Shown here: piece after piece, positions 54,515 to 64,000 of the stretch
Layout: each line of letters begins with the position of its first letter
Position numbering within the stretch: the stretch's first letter is position 1
DNA from: Eledone cirrhosa
Lineage: Eukaryota
Reading direction: 5' to 3'
Length of the DNA stretch: 64,000 nucleotides
Assembly (NCBI GenBank): GCA_964016885.1
Contig: OZ024741.1
Coordinates: 169,756,001 to 169,820,000, forward strand
Made by a program: the position numbers and the translations under genes
Notes under the pieces: generated by a model
Databases searched by the model: none
What the model was told of the DNA's origin: nothing
The model's input: only the letters and a program-made list of their open reading frames with translations

Positions 54515-54612
54515 CGAAGGAAATGTGGTCAGGAACCAGATGGACCATAACGCACCAAGAATTAGCCGTCGAAACGGCTTGAGCTCAGCCGTCGGGGTCC
54601 TACTCGTTCCTA
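53820..54612. mobile_element. Cassettes carrying only the 3' half of a hammerhead
   Basis: GCCGTC GAAAC GGCT TGAGCTC AGCC GTC GGGG at 54565-54597, fold-back at 53900-54010, another copy at 36745-36795. Confidence 0.65.
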
Positions 54613-54630
54613 TATATATATATATATATA

Positions 54631-54993
54631 CAATATATTAACAAATGGAAACTACATTTATAAAACCATATTTATTTCATTATACATATTTCAAGGACAC
54701 CAAAGCAAATTATGGTGCGCTTTCATCAGATAAAATATAATATAGATCAGTTTTATAAACAAATATTGACATACCCTTAAAAGAATGCAACCAGTGCGGT
54801 TGGAAGCTCCGGGAGATTCCATCCGCACTGGTTGCATTCTTTTAAGGGTATGTCAATATTTGTTTATAAAACTGATCTATATTATATTTTATCTGATGAA
54901 AGCGCACCATAATTTGCTTTGGTATCTTTGAAATATGTATAATGAAATAAATATGGTTTTATAAATATAGTTTCTATTTGTTAATATATTGTA
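54631..54993. mobile_element. Fold-back cassette with two HHRs (54673-54737 -, 54885-54949 +)
   Basis: TATTTTAT CTGATGA AAG cg CACCA..TGGTG tc CTT GAAAT ATGT ATA ATGAAATA; ~170-bp arms. Confidence 0.87.
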
Positions 54994-55323
54994 TTGTTAC
55001 TCCAAAAATTTGTTGAGTGCTTTATATCAGTTATAAAAATATTTGCTTGTTGTATCCCAACAAATTAAATATAACTTCTACATATATGTATATATATATA
55101 TATATTATAATAACATTAAGAAAGATGCTGTGATTACATAGAGCGTTTATATATATATTATATATATATAATTATATATCTATCTATCTACAGTCGACAC
55201 ACGCAATCCTTGATGACATACTATTTGCTAATGATGTTAAGCACCCATATAATAATGCGGTGATACAGACACTCTCTCAAGCCTTACGTGCTTGACTCTG
55301 CAAAATCAGAGTCAGGAGGCAGA

Positions 55324-55542
55324 ATGGTTTCTTATATAGGCTTAAGGCCAGCAATTTGGGGAGGGGGGGAAAGTCGATTAAAACGACCTCAGTGCGTGAC
55401 TGGTACTTTATTTTATCAACCCCGTAAGGACGAAAGGCCAAGTTAACCACAGCGGGATTTGAACTCAGATCATAAAGGGGCCGTAACTCTATGCTGCAAA
55501 GCATGGAGTCCGACCCTCTACCGATACTGCCAATACACGCTA
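55324..55542 (-). mobile_element. tRNA-derived SINE
   Basis: Reverse complement of the longer SINE variant (like 2918-3133). Confidence 0.88.
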
Positions 55543-56484
55543 CCAGGAAGGAAGAATAAACATATTTCCAGTGTAGACTCTGATAAAGGGTGCCAGCTGG
55601 AGGAAGAGAGGGTTGTCTAGCACTGAGTTTGTAGTTCATTTATGGACACCGAAATAATGTAAGTAATTTAAGATCGGTGAAATTTGAACTCAGTGCACAG
55701 TGTACTGGAAGAACACTGCTACATATTATATCCTAGGCTCCAAGAATCCTGCCAGCATTGTGTGGTTGAAAGTTTTGGAAATTTACGTGTAGTCGAGAAA
55801 TAAAAGTTCCTAGCGATTCTCTTTGAACCTGGGATGGAGATCATAGGTTTTAAATGTATATTATCGTCTCAATAAATCTACTCCTAACTTGTGCTTTATT
55901 ATAGAAATGCTTTTGCGTCTACCTGCGTCTACCTTCCTAATTAAAGCTAGAATGTTTGGAGTTCTTAAGCTACATAAGGCTTTCTCTTTTGTTTTTTTTT
56001 TATAAAGTATGTATTTACATGCTTTCAGATCGAATGTAATGTATAGGAAGTTATTTATAATTAACATAGTGGAAACGGTATATTTAAACCAGAACCTTAG
56101 AAGTTATTTATTCTAAGTTTATTTAAAGAGTAGCTGTTAATCACGATTCGCCAAGCTTTTTTTCTCTCGAAGTGCAGTAGGTTAGTATCGGAAAACAATT
56201 TATTAAAATGCACACAACACTATCTATTTGAGGTAGTTCTGTTAACATGTTCGCCTTCTTTGTTAGAATACCATTATAGCGTTGGTTATAAAAAAAAAAA
56301 TAAAAAAAAGTGTGTGTGTATGTTGTGCGTAATATTTTGTTTCTCTAATTATATTGGTAAATACAGAAATGTTAAAACATTCTACTGTGAACACATTAGA
56401 AACGAGATAATACGTTTGAACTATAATTTCTTTTGTCGTATTATATTTTATTGCATAATATAATGTAATCCAATGAGTGCAAAT

Positions 56485-56665
56485 CCAACAATTTTGGCGA
56501 GGAGAAACTTGATTAAATAGACCCCAATACTTTACTGATACTTTGATTTATTGACCATTGGAAGGATGAAAGGCAAAGTTGATCCGATGGATTTGAATTC
56601 AGAACGTAAAGCGTCGGAACAAATACTACTAAGCATTTGTCCAATGATTTAACGACTCTCCCAAA
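56485..56665 (-). mobile_element. Old diverged SINE
   Basis: GGAAGGATGAAAGGCAAAGTTGA..GGATTTGAA.TCAG. Confidence 0.65.
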
Positions 56666-56900
56666 GCAACAGCCTACAATCCAATATAATATGCCTCGAG
56701 TATCTGTTGGGATATATCATTTTTCTGAGCGTAATGTTTTAATATAATCTATGTTAGCTATGTTGCTTTGGTCGTATTTTATCTCCGTTTCTCTTTCTCT
56801 CTCTCTCGCTAACTATTTCTCTTTAGTTATGTTTCCTCTTTTACACTCATAAGATTTTATAAACAAAACCTCTGTTCCTTTAACCTTCCTACGGAAATAC

Positions 56901-56964
<64 letters not shown>

Positions 56965-57082
56965 GTGAAAAATCAGAAGGTTATATCCAAAGTTGGTAAA
57001 GCACTCAGTCCAAAAGACGTGGTGGATATAGAGTTAATTCCACAACAATTACCAAACCCATGAGGAGTATAATAACAACAAC

Positions 57083-57127
<45 letters not shown>

Positions 57128-57368
57128 TACTATCATTATAATGGATGTTTCTTAACAACAGCGACAACAACAAATATGGTAATTTGTTTAAGCCATCTCC
57201 TAATATGATATAACACTTTTGAAGACCCTTGTGTAATAAATATGACACTCAGAGAATGAAAATTTGCAATTAATAATTGGTTTTCGTTACGCTGAAGTAA
57301 ATCCACGAACAATGGCTAAACAAAGCATATCCGTCGTGCACAGCAGAGAATTACTATGTAATCAACAC

Positions 57369-57438
<70 letters not shown>

Positions 57439-57528
57439 ATATATGTTTATATTTTTATATATATAAACAGATATATATATATATTATATATATATATATA
57501 AATATATGTTTTTATTTATATATATATG

Positions 57529-57560
<32 letters not shown>

Positions 57561-58112
57561 AATTTACCGCTCCTTAAAATATATATGCATATACAAAGAT
57601 ACAGAATATGTACACACAGAAAAATTTGTATGTATGTATGTATGTATGTATGTATGTATGTATGTATGTATGTATGTATGTATGTATGTGTGTATGTATG
57701 TATGTATGTATGTATGTATGTATGTATGTATGTATGTATGTATGTGTGTATGTGTGTATGTGTGTATGTGTGTATGTATGTGTGTATGTGTGTATGTATG
57801 TATGTATGTATGAATGTATGTATGTATGTATGTATGTATTACTCAGAATTTCAACGTTCCAATACTCTTTTATCCACTATATGACAAGAAATGTTATATA
57901 TGTGTAATCAAACTTGAGTGAACATGAGACATGAATTGTATGCAGACTCATTATAAATATTGGAATACTGCAACACACATACATATTTACATCTGTCATA
58001 CACACATACAATATAGAACCATTGTAAACACATACATACTTACATCCGTCATACACACATACAATATAAAACTATTGTAACACACATACATACTTACATC
58101 CATCATACATAC

Positions 58113-58197
<85 letters not shown>

Positions 58198-58257
58198 CCC
58201 AAGCTCTGATACCATCAACACCATAAACACAGAGCTGGCATATCTAAGAACTGACTA

Positions 58258-58313
58258 ACTGCTTGATGAGGTCATAGCCATTCAATGGCTATCATCGAAA
58301 TATATATAGCAGT
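58258..58313 (+). ncRNA. Hammerhead ribozyme (U3.G8 core)
   Basis: ACTGC TTGATGA GGT ca TAGCCAT tca ATGGCTA tc ATC GAAAT ATAT ATA GCAGT. Confidence 0.8.
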
Positions 58314-58387
58314 AAATAAAGGATTATGATTTCATGCAATTGACTTATGTTTCGTCACTATATATATATATATATACATACATACAT

Positions 58388-58519
<132 letters not shown>

Positions 58520-58723
58520 AGCAAATTATAAATGTAAACATGTAAGTATGTTTTTGAAACGGTGCGCGAGTTTGAAAATTAGAAATTAGAAATTATAAGC
58601 TTTCACCGTATTTTAGACTAAATAAATTTCTAGCCTGATAGTGGGGTTTATAACTCTCGGAGAAATGGAAAAAGATGAGTTATGGCAACACTCATCTGTA
58701 CGGTGAAAGCTTATAATTTCTAA

Positions 58724-58770
<47 letters not shown>

Positions 58771-58771
58771 A

Positions 58772-58828
<57 letters not shown>

Positions 58829-58862
58829 TAAATAAATGGAAACTATATTTATAAACCATATT

Positions 58863-58926
58863 TATTTTATTATATATATTTCAAGGGTACCAAGACACAT
58901 TCGTACGCTTTTCTCAGATAAAATAC
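58863..58926 (-). ncRNA. Diverged relative of the 54673/54885 hammerhead
   Basis: TATTTTAT CTGAGAA AAG CGTAC..GTAC CCTT GAAAT ATAT ATA ATAAAATA. Confidence 0.6.
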
Positions 58927-59659
58927 AAACTTTGTTGTATAAATAGAGGACATACCCATGAAAATCATACCTTATCGGTTGGATATTCACTGGATATATC
59001 ATTGAATATTTACTCCACTTATTTGTTGGGTGCTCTAAATCAGTCATAAACATTTATATTTGTCGGATTTTCAACAAATTAAATACCCCTTCTACTTATA
59101 TATAAATATATATATATATGAATGCAAACATATATAGATACATACATATACAACACGTGCACTCACATATATCCCCCACCCCCACCACACACACGCACAC
59201 AGATATACAAATACAGCCAGAACGTTTATATATTGTTAGAAATTGAAACTATTTGAATCCGAAATATGAGTTTCATGTTTTCGGTTGTTCAAGTAGATTG
59301 TTCAGATTGTTCATTTACTAAATGAGAAAGTTGATAATGTAAACGTAGTTACACTATGTCTGAAGAATACGATACATATTTTATAGAGGAAACATTAGAT
59401 AGTTTAGTTTGAGATTCACTATACCTGACCAAATTTATGCGACAATCACGCCTAGAATACTTGATAATAGTTCTGCTCATATATCGATGATATAGGTTTA
59501 TACAGCAGTAGTAATTGATACTACTTATATCAAGCCATGGAAGACAAAAATATGCGTCTGTGAAATTTGTATTCAGAAAGTAAATATCGGAATGCATTTT
59601 AACTGTATTGATTTTGCAATTTGCCCGACATCATCATAATCGAATAGTTGATTGGCTTA

Positions 59660-59850
59660 CGGCGGTGGATTAGCAGTATCGGTAGACTTGGAAACCCTGC
59701 TTTGCAGCATAGAGTTACGGCCTTTTACATTGTGAGTTCAAATCTCGCCGAGGTTAACTTTGCCTTTCGTCCTTACGTGGCCGATAAAGTAAAACACCAG
59801 TAATGTAGTGGGGTAATTGCTGGCCTTGAGCCAAAAGTAGAGACAATTAT
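59660..59850 (+). mobile_element. tRNA-derived SINE
   Basis: Diverged full-length copy of the main family. Confidence 0.85.
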
Positions 59851-61539
59851 AAGTTTATTTAACAAGGCATATTTCATCATTAATATAACTGACATGGTAA
59901 TAAAATTGGTAAGAGAGTAAATAAATATCTTGGGGTATTTCATTTCATTCTTTTATATCCAAATTCTGCCTGGGAAAAATCTATATAATAGATACCAGTG
60001 GTGTACTGATTTCGTTTTAGATTACTCTAATCAATTATTCTGTAGTGTTGGGGACAGATATCACCCATGACATTTTCAGATTTTTCACGACTGATGAGGG
60101 TTGTGAATGATGAAGAGTTTGAAGCTCTATAGGTTATTCCTCGTAAAAAAAAAAAAAAAAAATTTAAGTGGTGTGGTGCGAATCTCACCTTCGAAGAGAT
60201 GGTTAGATAAAAGGTCTAATATAATATCTAATGTCACGATACGTTATAAGAGTGACGAGAAACGAAGAGACAATAACATCAGGTGTTCCAGTCTAGATGT
60301 TGTATACAGCTAGCTAGTTCAGAGGAGCAGAAAGCTTTGTAGCATCAGTATAGAGAACAGAAAACAAAAACCAAATATAAAACAACAACAACAGTTACAG
60401 CAACAACAATACACATTGGTGAGGATTATAGCATGTTAGTAAGTGATTCTTTGTCGAACAACCAGCTGGGCTTCTTTGGGACATTGTCGAAAATGTTTGT
60501 CCGTAAAAATATCAGTAGCCCAATCTTAGATAAGTAATTAATGCTAATTATGTGTTGAGGCTCGTACTTGCGCAACTGATTAGATATAGAGGAGAATGCC
60601 AGAGACTAAGCTGCAGAGATGTATTACTAAATTTTTGATGCTTAATAGTATATATTCAAAAGTTAAAGTCTGCTTCAACCGGTTTACAAGACTGGAGATA
60701 CTCCCAGTTTCATTAGCATCAAACAGCTAAGGGTTCAAGGCGCCTCCAAAATTAGAGCCGTCATTCACAATTGGTTTATCCGGTTTTCTGAAACACTTTC
60801 ATATTATGACTTATAAATAATGTCTCATTGGATTCTATATCAGTATATACCATACTTTCCATTATGGTTTTAGGTATATATGTAGTTGCTAGAAAACACA
60901 GGCTCCCTTTTGGATTCAGCAGAACATCCAGAATATGACAGCCGCATACTGTGAATAAGAGAAAGGGGAGAGAGAAAAGAGAGAGAGGTAGAAAAAGGTG
61001 TAGAGAGAGGGAAAGAGAGAGGGAGTAGTAGACAGAGGAAAATATATAAAGAGAAAGTGATAGAGAGATAGAAAGAGAGAGAGAGAGAGAGAGAGGGGAA
61101 AGAGAGAAAAGAGCTTCACTGGTACTCGGAGTGTAGAAAGCATTCTATTCAACGCTCTAGTGGCTCTGAAACAAAACAAAAATGTAAAGGTGTTAGAGTA
61201 TTTTATATAACTATTAGTAGTTTAGCTGAAAATAATTGTTTTAGTTTAAACACAAACTCAGATCAAATCACTTCCAAACTTAGAGATCTAATTTAAACTA
61301 AATAATACCAAAACAATCAATCAAGGTACATACATTGAAAGAAATATGGACATTCTATATATTATTTCTCGAAATGGAGATACATGCTTTCAACGGAAGT
61401 CTATCTATAAAATTATATACGCATTCTTCGCCGTCATCAACAGGTGAATGCGTGACTAGTAAGAAAACGTTAATGGCTTTTATGTACCCCGGCGTTGTCA
61501 CATCATTTGAAACCACCCTTTAGATGGTTTTAAATTGAC

Positions 61540-61688
61540 AGTATCGATAAAGCATAGAGTTAGCTATACCTTTCATCCTTACGGGGTCGATAAATTAAAA
61601 CACCAGTAATGTACTGGGGGGGGGGGGGGGGTTAATAAACTTTTCCCTCCACCCAAATTTCTGGCCTTGTGCCTATAGTAGAAATCAT
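61540..61688 (+). mobile_element. Internally deleted SINE
   Basis: CCTTTCATCCTTACGGGGTCGATAAA...CTGGCCTTGTGCCTATAGTAGAAA. Confidence 0.75.
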
Positions 61689-62340
61689 TTAAAACCACCC
61701 AAAGATACCGAAACCAGTTAAAAGTTCTAAGGTCATCTGTACGTAACATGTATATATATATTTTTATATAACTTAGATAGATCTTTCTTAGGGCATTTCT
61801 ACATTACTTAGCTAATTTCCCTCCAGGGGTAGCATCCACGAACATGACACTCTGGTATCTCTGGTTGTCGTACCATGACGTGGCTTTCCCTATCTTATGT
61901 TTAGTCCTATTTAAGCTATTCCATGATTTGCTCCTGTATAATGGACAAATTCCTTTCACGTCCATTTCTATGAGGGTCTTATATTTCTCCGCTGACGTGT
62001 TAATGTTTTGTTACAATATTACGATATAATACAGAATAAATTTAAAGATTTTGAACACTGAAGGACAGGTGAAAACAAATTTTATATAATATCTTTATGA
62101 ACAGAAATACAATGTTTGCTAAAATTCTATAGCTTATTCTATAATAGATTGGAACATCGTGACAAAACAATATTAACACCCTAGTAATTTATTACTCGAA
62201 CTAGCAGTCAAGGGCGCGTTGGTTTCTGCATATTGTTTTTTTTTCTGTGAAATAAATAAGACACTCAGTTACTAAAGGGAGCTCGATATAAGGATTGAAA
62301 CCGTTTCACCCGAGCCTTTTTTAGCTGTCCAAATATAACA

Positions 62341-62509
<169 letters not shown>

Positions 62510-62952
62510 TGTTATATTTGGACAGCTAAAAAAGGGTCCAAATATAACAATATATATACTAAAAGGACCCCCCCCCCAAAAAAAAAAACGGCTCAGTACT
62601 ATATGAACACGCCAGACAAAGCATTACGGTAATATAGACAATATAGAAATTAAAATAATATCTAAGCATAGAAATGACTCAACAGGTAGGCAAATCAGAG
62701 AAGCAACTGAGATAGAATTAAGAAAACCAAAGTTAAACAGACAGAACGAATGGAATAACAACAAGAAACATACCCAAACAAACAATACTGACCTAAGGGA
62801 AATATGAATAAATAAATAAATATATACACAAGTACAAGAACAAAAAACACACACTAGTGAACAAAGATAGAATACAAAAACAAAAACATATTGACTCACC
62901 AAACATTATACACACATGCAAACGCATGCGCAAACAGAGACAGAGACAGGAA

Positions 62953-62995
<43 letters not shown>

Positions 62996-63019
62996 AATAA
63001 AAATGGCCTAGGCATTACG

Positions 63020-63282
63020 ATACAACGGGAGGAAACATAATAGTACCACTGATGATGTCACAGATATGTGACGAAAGATCTTTGATAGACTATATATATA
63101 TATTTATATCTGTATTTTTAACCGTTGGTCAATCAATGATAAACATTGATTGCCAGATAAATTAACTATGGATATATAAAAGATACAGAAGCGAAAACCA
63201 ACAAAAACGAAACAGTGAGTGTGTTCTGTTATTATTTCTGGCAATATTATAACAATATGACCCTCCCCAAGTATGACAATAT
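63020..63282 (+). mobile_element. HHR cassette family B (HHR 63044-63088)
   Basis: CTGATGA T GTCACA gata TGTGAC GAAA GATC TT; palindromic AAGATCTT. Confidence 0.8.
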
Positions 63283-63320
63283 TTGTTTCAACACACGATT
63301 TCATATAAAAAACCTTGCAA

Positions 63321-63356
<36 letters not shown>

Positions 63357-64000
63357 CAGTGAAATAAGATAACAAGGACGATTGGTTACTCCTTCATTAC
63401 GTTTATTGGTTGGTGACGCGCGTTTCGCCACTGATCAGCTCAAGGTTCGATCTGTATCGATCTGACCCGACTCTGTAAACCGCGGCTCGTCAGACCCCTT
63501 GTAATGTTAATGGAAAAATGAATATACATGCCGTATGATAAAGTCAGATGTTCCTATGGTGGTCAGTAAAGTTTGTTTTGATTGGTGGATTCATTCATAG
63601 GGATGTTTTTGTCTGTAGTGTATGTGGGGAGGGGGGGGCAAGTTGGTGGTGCCGGGCGTAGGTGAAGTGGGTGGTGGTGTGGGGGTGTTGGTTGTCGGTA
63701 GACAGTTTGCCATGTAGATGTGGCTGATTTTTGTGTGTGGTGTGTGTGTGTGGTGGTTTTGTTTATGATAAGGATGAATATCACCCCACCATAAACTTCA
63801 TTCTTTTCCATTAACATTACAAGGGGGTCTGACGTTGGTTTATGCAAATCGTTTTTTTTCTGTGAAATAAAGAAGGCACTTAGTTACTAAAGGGAGCTCG
63901 ATATAAGGACTGAAACCGTTTCAGCCGAGCCCTTTTTAGCTGTCCACAAAGTTGTATAGAAGACAAATAGTTTTTTTTATCTCTCTATACATACAGTGTT

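Noticed and set aside
60085-60145. CTGATGA-containing hammerhead candidate
   Set aside because: GAAG instead of GAAA and weak stems; compatible with chance
62265-62330. Hammerhead in the repeat shared with 63850-63945
   Set aside because: It has TGAAACCGTTTCA and GCTCG/CGAGC hairpins but no acceptable core or stem I

Overview
AT-rich, microsatellite-laden eukaryotic DNA with no host-gene exon I can support. The dominant tRNA-derived SINE and the repeat landscape suggest a cephalopod (octopus-like) genome, which is an inference. Most ORFs in the supplied track are artefacts of simple repeats. The real content is layered mobile DNA: two copies of a Neptune-like Penelope-like element (PLE; RT plus GIY-YIG) with an extra upstream ORF, several truncated Naiad-like PLE 3' ends, R4/Dong-like non-LTR remnants in (TATG)n, RTE fragments, about 13 SINE copies, Helitron-like and MITE remnants, and a 105-bp minisatellite. 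The main hidden signal is a dense set of type I hammerhead ribozyme (HHR) motifs: more than 20 intact or degenerate copies from about 12 families, mostly in short fold-back cassettes abutting (TA)n. Several have a U3-A8 core (UUGANAA), a U.U at the base of stem II, or a very long stem II, and two families share a covarying inner RNA domain there. All structures were read by eye, not computed.
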